A stretch of DNA of 63,846 nucleotides from Vitrella brassicaformis CCMP3155 (lineage: Eukaryota; Protista; Chromerida), in assembly GCA_001179505.1 (NCBI GenBank), contig CDMY01000251.1:1-63846 (forward strand), read 5' to 3'. This document shows positions 1-11,400 of the stretch, piece after piece. Position 1 is the stretch's first letter; every line of letters starts with the position of its first letter. The translations under genes and the position numbers were made by a program. The notes under the pieces were generated by a model that did not search any database, was not told where the DNA came from, and saw only the letters and a list, made by a program, of their open reading frames with translations.

Positions 1-374
1 AGACGATAGACAGGCTGCTGACAGGCTGCTGCACAGACAGACTGCCGACAGGCGGATGATAGACAGACCTGTTAGGATCTGCCCAACTGCCGATCAGGCG
101 GAAAAGACAAACCAGATTGCTGCGCCCATGTCAGAATAGGGGGGAGAGAGTCGGGGAGAATGGTGAAGAGAGGATCTGCCGGGCGGTCAGTCCCGGATAA
201 AGGATTAAGTCAATGCAACGTAAGGTCTGTGGATTTTGTGGAGAGTCCACGTAGGACATGTAGTATGCGTCAGTCCATCCTGTCTGACGTCCTGTCCGCC
301 ATGGCCTGTCTCATGGAACGGACAAAGACTCAACAGCCGTCCTGTCTCACAGATCAGTGGATCGTCGGTCTATG

Positions 375-396
375 AACCCTAGACCCTAAACCCTGG
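375..396 (+). repeat. Three degenerate telomere-like heptamers (CCCTAGA/CCCTAAA/CCCTGG)
   Basis: AACCCTAGACCCTAAACCCTGG at 375-396; TTAGGG in the opposite orientation at 543-548. CCCTAAA is the plant/apicomplexan-type telomere unit. Confidence 0.5.
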
Positions 397-539
397 ACCG
401 ACTTGCACTTCTGACAGTCTTACCATCACGGAGGGCAGCGATTCGCCGAGGGCGGCGTGGCAAGGCAAGGGGGGCGACAGCTGTGACACAAAACAAACGA
501 AAGAAGGTGGGGCCACCCATTTCCCCCAGTTGAGAATCA

Positions 540-794
540 AGGTTAGGGATCTCTTCAAACGGAATATTGAAACTTTCGCCCCGCAGAAAATAAGTTTCGC
601 CCCGTAGAAAATAACTTTCGCCCCATAGAAAATAAATTCCGCCCCGGAGAAAATAATCTTTCGCCCGGGAGAAAATAAGTTTCTACCGGGCGAAAGTTTT
701 TGTCTGACGGCTGACATTCCTGCCATTTTCGCTTCATCCCGATGACCAAAATCATCATTTTCCAAACTTTTCCCTACTTGTCGTATTTACAGTG
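540..794. mobile_element. Possible right end of a CACTG-type (CMC/EnSpm) DNA transposon
   Basis: AT-richer segment carrying the direct/inverted 21-bp subterminal-like repeats and ending TATTTACAGTG (revcomp CACTGTAAATA) at 784-794. No left end or transposase in the window. Confidence 0.3.
574..700. repeat. 21-bp tandem array TTTCGCCCCGNAGAAAATAAN, 5 direct copies plus 1 inverted copy
   Basis: Units start at 574, 595, 616, 637 and 659. The unit at 680 (TTTCTACCGGGCGAAAGTTTT) is the reverse complement of the unit. No spacers. Confidence 0.9.
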
Positions 795-1376
795 CTTCTG
801 ACCACTCCCAGCCTGTTGGCCGTCTGTGCCCTTCCAATCCCATCACTCACAAGCCAGCACCTCCAAGGGAAGTCAACATCAGACCGTGACTGGTGAGGTT
901 CGTGTCTCATCACCTCTCCTCACCTCAGGCACACACTAAGAGATTCCCCGCCCGGAGAGGGGAGCCATTCCATTGAGCCTAAGGCACAGGGCGTGTCTGA
1001 CGACAGTCAAGTTGCCCACTCGAGGGAAGCCAAAGCAGCCAAGCCCCAAGGCGTCGAGACGTGTCGAAGGTCAAACACACAGGGCTTTGTTGTCGTGATT
1101 CATTGGCTGTCGCAGGTGTGTGTGTCAGTCGTGTCAGAGCCTTTTGTTGTCAGCAAGTGTGACTCAGTGCTGCGTGTTAACTCTTTGTGACGTTGTGAGA
1201 TCCCGTTCGTGTCTCCGTGTTGGTGTGCCTGTTGATTGAATCGCTGAGTGTCTCCCATCAGGTGTGGTGTCTCAAGAGCATCGAGTCAACGCTATCTCTA
1301 TAGCGTGAACCACATTAAACCGGACCCTTGCACACGGGCTTGGGTGGAGGCTGCCATTGGCTGGCCGTCGGTGGTC

Positions 1377-2141
1377 TCACACAGAGAAGCCCGAGAGCCG
1401 GCGGTAGGGTACATTGCTGCTGTCCCCCGACTCAGATTTGCTGGTGTCCTCCGACTCACATTCATTGGGCTGGCGTGTCTCGTCAATCTCCTCGGCTTCT
1501 TCCTCCCATCTGTCCACGTAGAGGTCCAGAATCTCACTCAGCTCCGACGGCAGGACGATACCGCTTTCGTCCACAGGTCGGCTGCCGTCCTCACGGCAAG
1601 GTACGGGAGGCAGTTTCACGCCTGGATCGGACTTTGTTTTCCTCACGCCCAACTCCTTCACCAGAGTAGGATCAGAGGCTTCGATGTCCAGGGCGCAACC
1701 TTTTGTGTCGCCCTCGTAGTGCGTCAGGCGGCTCGACGGTCGGCTGTGGTCACTGGGCTGTGAGACGCTGGCCGTGACGGTGGTCGTGGTGTTGCTTGGG
1801 ACCCCTGTGGCATTGGCGATCTCCTTCTCTGAAGGCGGACAGCCTACCCCCCCTTGCGCGTCGCCATCTGCATTGTGCTGCGTCGTCAGGCGACTCGATG
1901 GGCAGCTGGCTGGTGGGGGAGACTCAGCGTCGTCGTCGTCGAGGGGCTCCTTCTCTGACGGCGGAGGAGCATCACCCTCGCCACATGCCGTGACTCTGGT
2001 GGCCTTGGGCCGGCGCAAGCCACGGGGGAAGGGGAGGCAGCCGCACATGAACTTGCGTTGGGGGCGCGGAGCCTCGCCGATGTGCCGCGCCTCACGCACT
2101 GCAGAGGCGCGAGCGGGACGGAGGCGAAGCCTTCGCTGCAT
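1377..2141 (-). CDS. Hypothetical low-complexity protein (Ser/Pro/acidic); start 2141 or 2048 (MCGC...)
   Basis: Long non-microsatellite ORF (1377-2195) with protein-like composition (…LYVDRWEEEAEEIDE…). No recognisable domain; 3' end may be spliced. Confidence 0.55.
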   Translation of the reverse strand: MQRRLRLRPARASAVREARHIGEAPRPQRKFMCGCLPFPRGLRRPKATRVTACGEGDAPPPSEKEPLDDDDAESPPPASCPSSRLTTQHNADGDAQGGVGCPPSEKEIANATGVPSNTTTTVTASVSQPSDHSRPSSRLTHYEGDTKGCALDIEASDPTLVKELGVRKTKSDPGVKLPPVPCREDGSRPVDESGIVLPSELSEILDLYVDRWEEEAEEIDETRQPNECESEDTSKSESGDSSNVPYRRLSGFSV

Positions 2142-2336
2142 GGGGAGTGGGTTGTAGCCTCGTAGGAGGGCTGATGGGTGGGGGACGAGTTGCAAAGGAC
2201 TTCGATGAGACGCGCGTTGAGACAGGTACAGAAAGCCGGTCTTCTCGAGCTGCTGATGGCTCAGAAGCTGCAGAAGCTTTGCAATTTGGCTCTTGCAACA
2301 CTCTTTCTACACTCTTTTCCTTTCGCGATCGAGAGA

Positions 2337-2344
2337 TGCGAGCT
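2337..2344 (+). promoter_or_regulatory. Candidate promoter element TGCGAGCT (hypothetical/SDR divergent spacer)
   Basis: Exact octamer about 80 bp upstream of SDR ATG 2426; recurs in other divergent spacers. Confidence 0.5.
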
Positions 2345-2425
2345 CAGAAATACTCAGGATCCGGAAAGGTACGCCACGGAAAGGTTCTGCAATGCATGCA
2401 GTTGTTGTTGATGTATGCAGGTCGG

Positions 2426-3767
2426 ATGGCTCTGACTCATTGTCTGCTGCTGATCTTCGTGCTGCCTCACTCTTCCCAGCTGCTGGCCGTATCGCTGCGC
2501 TCTCCGACGAGGCAATCCGCACCAGCCTTTGCCCAGATGAAAGGCAGCGTGCTTGTCACTGGTGCTGCGGGCGGCATCGGATCTGCGCTCTGCAAACTGT
2601 TCAGGGAGAAAGGATACCAGGTTTTTGCTGCCGATAGGAAGGCATCGCCTGCCATCGATTCGCTCAAGGCAAGAAACGAGCAGAGAAGTGACCGATGCAT
2701 GCCACTGGTTCGGTTGTGTTGATCATTGCAGGGCGACAGCAGTGTGGTGCCGCTTCCTGGTCTTGACCTGACGTCCAGCGAGTCCATCAAGCGGCTGGCC
2801 GACAGCCTCCTCTCGTCAAATGCGAAGCTCGACATTGTCATACAGAATGCGGGGGTGCTCGACGAGCGAGGCATCGATCTGTTTAACCTCGATTTCGATT
2901 CGATAAGAGGTGAAGTGATTTCGATTCGATAGATAAACACTTTGTGTATATGTGTGCTATGTGGTATGTGGTTGCGCCCCAGAGAGTATGCAGGTGAATG
3001 CCGTGGGCCCGCTGGAGCTCACTGTGGAGCTGCTGAAGCGGGACTTGGTCAGGTCACCTGGCGGGAAGATCGCCCTAATGACCTCCCAGGTCAGCCCGCT
3101 ACACATGGATGTGTTTGCTTGGTTGACGCATTGGGATGGGTGATCTGTGGCTGAATGGTTAGCTAGATGGCTCGATGGATGAACCACACAGAGAGATGGA
3201 TGGATGGATGGATGGATGGATGCAGATGGGAAGTGTCGATGACAACTCCTCTGGAGGATATTATGGCTACAGGATGAGCAAGAGTGCCATGAACATCTGC
3301 GCTAAATCCCTCAGCATCGACTTGAAAAGATACGGTCAGTCAGCCAAGCAAGACACACCCACACCCACACCTACACACCCACACACCAACCACCACCTTT
3401 TGTTTCTTGTCCTCTGTTCCTGCAGGCATTGCCGTGTGCCTGCTGCACCCAGGGTGGGCATGTGACAAAGGAGACACTCGCAGCCATCGAAGACAATTGT
3501 GTCGATCTGTTGTGTGGCGGGTCCATCAATCAGGTACGTGCAGACACAGATGACGGGTTACAATGGGAACATTAAGCCGGAGACCAGTGCTAAGGGACTC
3601 GAGGCTCAAATTGATGCTCTTGACATGACCAACACAGGAACATGGTGCGCCAGAAGCGAACGAGGAGGGGGGAGGCGCTCATTCACCAACCGATCGTTTT
3701 GCTCTGAGTGTGTGTGTGTGTGTGTGCTTGCAGGTGGAATTATAGAGGAGAAGTCTTGCCGTGGTAG
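2426..3767 (+). CDS. Short-chain dehydrogenase/reductase, CsgA (C-factor)-like, 7 exons
   Basis: Exons 2426-2668, 2732-2909, 2983-3089, 3226-3334, 3426-3453, 3534-3644, 3734-3767 join in frame. Motifs TGAAGGIG, NAG, YRMSK, HPGYVQTQM and C-terminal WNYRGEVLPW. First intron is GC-AG. Hydrophobic N-terminal extension (start could also be 2411 or 2537). Confidence 0.93.
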
Positions 3768-4122
3768 CACTGGCGCCTTCCGGTCTTGGTAGCCGTGTGT
3801 ACTTTGATAATGATGTACGTACAACGATCTTAAGAGAGTCCGTTTGACCATTGAGACTGACCGGTTTGCAAATCATGCGTGCGAGTTTCGACTTCACCCA
3901 AACCTTACGGTGAATCCCTCATTGGCCCAAGACACCATGAATGAGTCGGGTTGGTCGGGCCCTCACGCCGATGCAGAAACGGCGCAGAGAGGCCTCCCTC
4001 CCACCCTCTCTGTCTGTTCGTTCTGGTGTACCGTATCAATCACATGGCCCCCGGTGTGTGCGAATCCGTCTGCTGTGGCCGCCCGGCCACACTGGCACAG
4101 CCCCTGACCCGACATAAACTGA

Positions 4123-4458
4123 CCCCCCCCCCCCCCCCCCCNNNNNNNNNNNNNNNNNNNNNNNNNNNNNNNNNNNNNNNNNNNNNNNNNNNNNNNNNNN
4201 NNNNNNNNNNNNNNNNNNNNNNNNNNNNNNNNNNNNNNNNNNNNNNNNNNNNNNNNNNNNNNNNNNNNNNNNNNNNNNNNNNNNNNNNNNNNNNNNNNNN
4301 NNNNNNNNNNNNNNNNNNNNNNNNNNNNNNNNNNNNNNNNNNNNNNNNNNNNNNNNNNNNNNNNNNNNNNNNNNNNNNNNNNNNNNNNNNNNNNNNNNNN
4401 NNNNNNNNNNNNNNNNNNNNNNNNNNNNNNNNNNNNNNNNNCCCCCCCCCCCCCCCCC
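4123..4458. other. Assembly gap (300 N, 4142-4441) flanked by poly-C tracts (19 C and 17 C)
   Basis: Directly visible in the sequence. Confidence 0.99.
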
Positions 4459-5397
4459 TGGTGGATTGGTCCACTCATTCATGCATTCATTCATACGGAC
4501 GTACGGACACGCATGGCATGGACTCATATGGTGACTGACCAAATATCAAAAAACATGGAGCGAGGTGAGTGAGGTGGATGGATCGAAAATGCACAATACA
4601 CAATACACGTAGACACACATACGGAGGAGAGGCCGGCCCACCAGGGGTCAAAATTGGCCGGCACTCCACACTCGCACTCGCACTCAACTCACACCGACAC
4701 TGACTGACCGGAAAGGACACATTAAACCCACCCGCCCCCATTTCATTCATTCATTACACTCTCATGTAAACCAACCGGGGACATATGGATGGATGGAAGG
4801 ATGCGTAGATGGATGTGTGTGCAAGGAGTGAGTGAGTAAAAGCCGCGAGTGGGAGCGTTAGATATCCAAGCAGGCCGGGGGGGAGGGAGGTAAGCAAGGC
4901 GAGGAAGCGAAGGGAAGGGAAGGGCAGGGGGCGGAGAAGGCACGTGAACGCCCGTTATGGAATGAATGTTACGTACATGCATATGTATGTGTGGATATGG
5001 TCTGTCTGCCCACGTATACATGGAGACTTACGCACCTGTCGTTCATTAGCAAGGCAGCACACACACACTCACACACACCCAGACACTCTCATTCACCCCA
5101 CACAAAGCAAGCATAAGCCAGTCGTCCTGTGTGAGTGTCTCTGCAGCAGCAGCACCCACCAGCCGCCAAAAAGGGCCGACAGGTACTCACACAGACAGAC
5201 AGACAGACAGGGAGACAGACAGGCCACATCACACACGCTGAAGGCAAGAGTGACCAGTGCTAGACAGTGAGGGAGTGAGAGCGTCACGATTAGACCATGG
5301 TCGAATTGAGAATACACCAACAAACGTCCAAACCAAACAAGCCAGTCAGACAGTCAGTACTAGTGAGTGACTGAGTGAGTGGCAAACAAAAATAGCG

Positions 5398-5431
<34 letters not shown>

Positions 5432-8400
5432 CAGACAGACAACCAACCAACCAGCCAGCCAGCCAGCCAGACGTTCCTTCCTTCATTGCCAGGGTGAACC
5501 GTGGTGTGATGTGCCGTGTGTGCAGGCAGTGTCGTATGAAAGACGCGACGCCAAACACCAAACAGACATTCAGTCAGACAGACAGACAGACATTCGACAA
5601 CAACACACACGTACACGCAATCAGCCATGCCATGCCATCGAACCTTACCTTACTTACCATCCTCAGAAGAAAAAGATGCAAACAGGTCGGTCGGTCGGGA
5701 TCGGTCAGGCACTTGAGCAACACACACACACACACACACACAGACGAAAGGCTCGTACAGGCATGCAAGTCAAGAAAAATGGGCATCTCGGTGACCCCCT
5801 CCCTGACTCCCTGCCTTTCTTCTGGGTGGATGGATGGATGGACGGATGGATGGATGTCATCCACTCACTGCTACGGTGCATGGAGGAAGGAGGTAACGTA
5901 CCATGGGTGGGTGAGAGGAGGGAGGGGGACACCTGTGTATGGTCTGTGTGGTCCTCAATTACGTACTTAGGTGGTGGAAAAAGATGGATCGATGTCATGC
6001 ATGTCAGCTGGCATGCATGGATGGATGGATGGATGGATGGAGACATCATATACACGTACGTGTAGGCAGGTCAGGCCGATTCGCACCTCTCCTGTCTGTC
6101 CCCTTCGAACATCGATCCACGCAAGCAAACCAAGCGCAAAAATACGGTAGCCATGCATTCATCCACCCACCCGTCCATTCACGGCAGCCATGCCTCGGTC
6201 ATCCACGCAGGTACGCACGCATCACCATCACCACACGCAAGCAACGCTCGGCCATACTTGCTTTCGTCCTTTGAAACGGTCGGCGATTTGAAAACAGGCC
6301 CCATACACACGCATACACACAGACGCAAGCACTTACAGACAAGACAAGACAAGAAGACAGTCCCTACCAAGTGTGGAGTCAGAGAGAGAGAGAGAGAGAG
6401 GAAGATCGACACAGCGCAAGCAAGTTCCCTGTGTGAAAGTAATCCTTCCTTTCTGTCTTCAGAGGCTTTCCTTCGTTCCTTCGTGCTAACCTCCCCCTCC
6501 CACTCGCCCATCCATCCATCCACCCATCTGTCCGTCCACTGACTCAGCGACCAACCAGCCAGCAACACAGTCCGCACCACATCACTCACTCACATCGCAC
6601 GTCAGCCGGCCAGCCAGCCAGGCACCACACACCGACTTCGCTCGCACAACCATACAAAATGTACAGATGGATCGATCAATCGCTCAGTACGGCAAAAAAT
6701 GGCTCGCATGTGATGGATGGCATGTGCTATGCTATCTGTGCTGTCATGTCCTGTGCTGTCCTGTGCTGCGTGTCGGTGTAGGTGTAGATATGTACTGCAG
6801 GGTGTGCCGGCCATAGACAGACAGACACGACGCGTCTGTGGAGTGTGAGTGGATGACTCGCGGTTGGTGTGTGGCTGGTGGATGGATGGAAGAATGGATG
6901 GATGGATGGATGGGTGACACACGGAGAGAGAGGGGGACGTTAGATAGATACTTCGCCAGGCCAACCAGGTACTTGTGTACTGACTGCAGGCAGGCAGGCA
7001 GAGATATATCAACCAAAGACAGACAGGTAGGGTAGGTCGAAAAAGCGCAAGACAGCAAGACAGCAAGACATGCAGAAACCGATGCACACGCACCGCGCCG
7101 CACGCATGGATCACGCCACATTCGCACAACAAATGTATGGTTCAAGGAAAGAGACAGCGCAGCCACGCCCCAAACCTCTCAACCTGCTCAGACGCCTTCC
7201 GTCCCTCTCCCTTTAGCCTTGACGTGACGCTGAAAAAACAGGGCCGGGGACGCATGGAACAGGCAGGCAGCTTCGATTCGAAAGTCAGTTCGCTTGTTAC
7301 CAAATACACACCACACACACGAGAGCCAGGTAGTAAGTACTCCCCACAGTCAGTCAGCCAAGGTGATGCAAAGTCGGTCGGTCTGTCTGTCTGTCTGTCT
7401 GTCTGGGTGTTGGTGTTGGTCGGTCGAGGTGGCCGTCGCTTGAAAACCTTTCGGTGAAGGGCCGGCCACCCCACAAACAGCACAGCAGAGACAGACAGAC
7501 GCCAGCACCAGACAGAAGGACAAGATCAGACCAGGTCACCCACGCAAAGACCTCATGCGATGCATCCATCATCTCACTAGCCGCCCCTAGAGACAGGGGG
7601 CGACGCCGTCTCATTCAGGTGGCCAGGCGCACGTAAGGCAGGCAGGTCAGTCACAGGTAGGTAGGTTGGTGCTGTGTGTCTTTCGGTCAGCCAGTCCGTC
7701 CGTCCGTACATATCCACAAGACGAAAAAGATAGACATAGCCACATCGACATCAACTGCTGCCTCTCTCTCTCTCTCTCTGGTTGCATCAGGCCGGCCTCT
7801 CAGCAGCAGCATCCCAGCAGCAGCAGCATCAGCAGCATCAGCAGCAGCAGCAGCGTGGGTATCTCACACACTGATCTGAGCACTACCGTACATTAGGTGT
7901 TAGGTTCGTTCCACGAGAGATTGTGTGAGTAAAAGGGGAAAAAACCAGGCATCCAAGCAAGCAACAACCGACAAACACTTCTCGCGTCCTGTCTGGCACA
8001 TCACAACACAACAAAGGGATTCAAAAGCAGCCACCCAACCACCTCGCCCAACATACCTCCCTCGTATAGACAACAAAATCATACCCATACAGAGACACCG
8101 ACAGAAAGACAGACACGTGAAAACCTACAAGTCAATCAAGGGTAAACGAGACTGACTGACTGACTGACACCTGCACGCACACACATATAGATGACTCAAC
8201 TCCCCGCTGAGGCAGAACAAAATCGCTCCCCTGTTCCCTCCCTCCCTCGCCCCCTGTCTCCCTCCCTCCCTCCCGTGGTCCCCAAAATGCAGCAGGGCTC
8301 ACTTCCCTGAGGGAATGGCGGGCCCGCCCGTGGACGCACCACAGACGGGCCCCATGCAACAAAAGAGGCCCTCTGCCGGCTGATGCAGCCCCACCCCGAC

Positions 8401-11400
8401 CCGCCCCGCCCCCCCAGACTAGGTGTGTGAATGTGTGTGTGGTGTGGTGTGGTGTTATGTCATGACGAATGCAGTGGTGTGCATGGCATGGCAATGGCAT
8501 CACAGAACAGGGGACGTACTTTACTTACACATGCATGCACGCCTGCCTGCCTGCATGTATGAGCCGCAGAAAAATCATCTTCCTTCCCTCCCTCCCTCAC
8601 TCTGACTGCCAGACTGACTGACACCTGTCCGTCTGTACCAACCTTCACCCATTCGTTCGTTCATTCCGACCATACCTACCATACGCAAGTGACAGGTTGA
8701 GCGACGTAAGCCAAGCACGTAAGCAGGCAAGCAAGCAAGCCAGCAGGGGGGCGGTCTCAAGAGTTCCCTGGCCAGGGAGGGAGTGGGAAGCATACACGCC
8801 ATGGACCATAGACACACAGACAGACAGACAGACAGATCCACACATCCATCCATCCATAAGAGGGTCGACGAAACGTCTTAAAGAAAATACAGCACAGCCA
8901 CCACCCCAAGAGCAAGTGGCGCGTGCAAGGAGTTGCGGGCATCTACCTGCCGCCCAGAGATCGCAAGCGAGAGAGGAGTGAGTCAGTCAGTCACGTAAAC
9001 AGCTAGAAAGGAGCTGAGGGAGGGACGGCCAAGTGAGAGATGGGATGAATGGCCACAAGGGCGAGCGCCACACCACACAGGCGGCTAGCGAGGTAGGTAG
9101 CCACGCCTCGGTCGAGCGAGCAGAAAAGCGCAGCCGGGGCAAAAATTCAGGGGAGAGAGAGGGGAGGGGCGCCTGACTCCATCCATCCATATGTCCACTA
9201 GGTGTCGGCCGTCGTGATGTAGTCTAGTCACTCATAGGTAGTGGGTGGAGTGGGTGGGGTGAGTGGAGTGGAGAGGGTGACTGACTGACTGATTCAGAAA
9301 GCCGGCCAGCCAATCAGCCAGGTGCACCAAAGCCATGATATGAGCGTGTGGTGTGTGTGTGTATCTACCTGCCTCTCTCTCTCTGCGTGGGAGGGGAGGG
9401 ACTAAAGCAACCTCGGTCGCTCGCGCGCAAGCCCGATAGCAGGCAGATGTGAGCTAAGGGCGAGCCGATGTTGGACCAAAGAAGCAACCAACCTCGGCCT
9501 CCCGCTCCCCTCCTCCCCTGTCCTGTCTGTCAGTGTGTGTCCTGAGAAGCTAAAGCTATGGCCAGCCAGCCAGCCAGTAAGCCAGTGAGTGTGGGCGTGC
9601 GCGTGTGACTGAATTGTGCAATTGGACTCAAAGCGTGTCGACGTAAAGCGAGCGTGCTGCAGAAACAATTCGGCAATCAAGAGAAAGAGAGAGAGAGAGA
9701 GAGGGGAGAAAGGGATGACGGATCGCGGACGGATCGCATCGAATCGATGGGAGACAGCCAGGCAGCGTACCACCAACAGGCGAGGCGAGAGAAGGACAAA
9801 AAACTTGCGCCGAGGCAGACAGACGGAGAAAAGGCGAGAGAGAGAGAGGCCAGAAGCTAGCTTGAAAAACAATGAATGCACACAGCCTCTGGCTGAACTG
9901 AGCTGCTTCGATGGCAGGCAGTGAGACAGACAGACAGACGCGCGAGAGGGCCTAGCAAGACAGACACGCTGAGACGGACAGCAAAGAGTTGAAAGAGTTG
10001 GTACACACACATGCATTGAGAGGTCGATTGACGCATGGATGGAGGAATGCACTGACTGCAGGCAGGAGAAAAGGCCAGCCGCTCACACAATGTCACACAC
10101 ACACTCACACTCACACACGCGCCAGGCAGGACTCACACCGCAGCAGCAACACACACACATGACCGACCGACCGACCGACAGTATCCGCAGCCCCCAATCG
10201 AATGACAGTTAGATATGCACATACACACATACACACACGCATACACGTATGTTATAATACACCAATCATCATCTCTTGGACAAGAAATGCCGCCCAGAAA
10301 TACCAACAACCGCCCGACCGACCGACACATCTCCCTTCCCTCCCCTTCCCACTCCCTCCCCCCTGCTGTGCTATGCTGACTGACTGACTGACTGACGGTA
10401 GGTCGCTATAATATCCAGTAATATTGATTGTCTACCCGTATAGACTTCCCTTGACTCCATCATGGCCATGATGGATGGACAGACAGCTTCTTGATGGTGG
10501 CCGGGTCGAGCGCTGAGAGGTGTTCTTAGTTGTAGGCAGAAGGTAGGCAGAGCTGGTAGCTTACGTGCACATCACTTAAGTAGAAACAAGCCATATAGAC
10601 AAGACAGACAGACAGACATACATGATGAAAGATCCATCATTATCGAGAAACAAGGGCGAGGCAGCCAGGCCAGGCAGGGAGGTCAACAGGCCGGGCCGGT
10701 GTGTCGCCCGACCCGATCGTAGCTAGCTACCGATCTAAGGTAGGTAGGTACGTACCAGCCGGTACACCGCATAGCATCTGCACATGTTTACGCACACGTA
10801 CACGCCATCAGCTCCTACACGCCGCCAGCACACACACGTACGTCAGCAGGTCAGGTCAGTCCTGGACGGACTGACAGGTAGGTGTGTCCTCACTCACAGA
10901 GAGAGATGTCATAGAGAGCAACCAGCCAGCCCAGGCAGACAGATAGATAGATGATCGATGCGGAGGGAAGTCATGCCATGCACGTACGAACACAGCCATG
11001 CAGCCATCAGTGTAAGGCTTGGTCGTCCGTCCGTCCGCCCACCCACCCATCGGCAGCAGGCAGGCAGGCAGGCAGGAGGCAGCTGGCCAAAAATCCAGCA
11101 CCCCAGTCGAGAAGAGTAGGTAGTGGCAACCATAGCATAGCATAGCATAGCATGTATCGAGAGCGATAGATAGCATAGCCGCAAAAATCAGGCACCAGGC
11201 AACGACCGACGGATGGATGGATGGATGGACGGATGGATGGATGGATCACCTGCTCGTCAATCAGGTCACCAGTCAGTCAGGTATGGGCGGGCAGCCACGC
11301 ACAGCACACGAAGGCAGGCATAGCATGCGCACACACAAACATCTCAGGGCAAGCGTCAGGTAGGCATCAGGTGCAGGTATGTGTGAGGACCGGTTAGCAC

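Noticed and set aside
574-700. 21-bp repeats as a CRISPR array
   Set aside because: Units are directly adjacent with no unique spacers, the context is eukaryotic, and no cas genes are present.
2393-2400. TGCATGCA (known apicomplexan AP2 site) upstream of the SDR
   Set aside because: Also occurs in introns and intergenic DNA (8532, 18546, 35510), so it is not promoter-specific in this window.
3951-4542. ORFs spanning the N gap
   Set aside because: Artefacts of N and poly-C; no coding signal.
8287-8385. MQQGSLP*GMAGPP… as a readthrough or selenoprotein ORF
   Set aside because: Tiny, no Cys/Sec context, no homology signal, no SECIS identified.
10621-10660. ATGATGA C-box-like strings as snoRNAs (also 40219)
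   Set aside because: No matching D box with terminal stem at a suitable distance; 40219 is antisense to its host intron.
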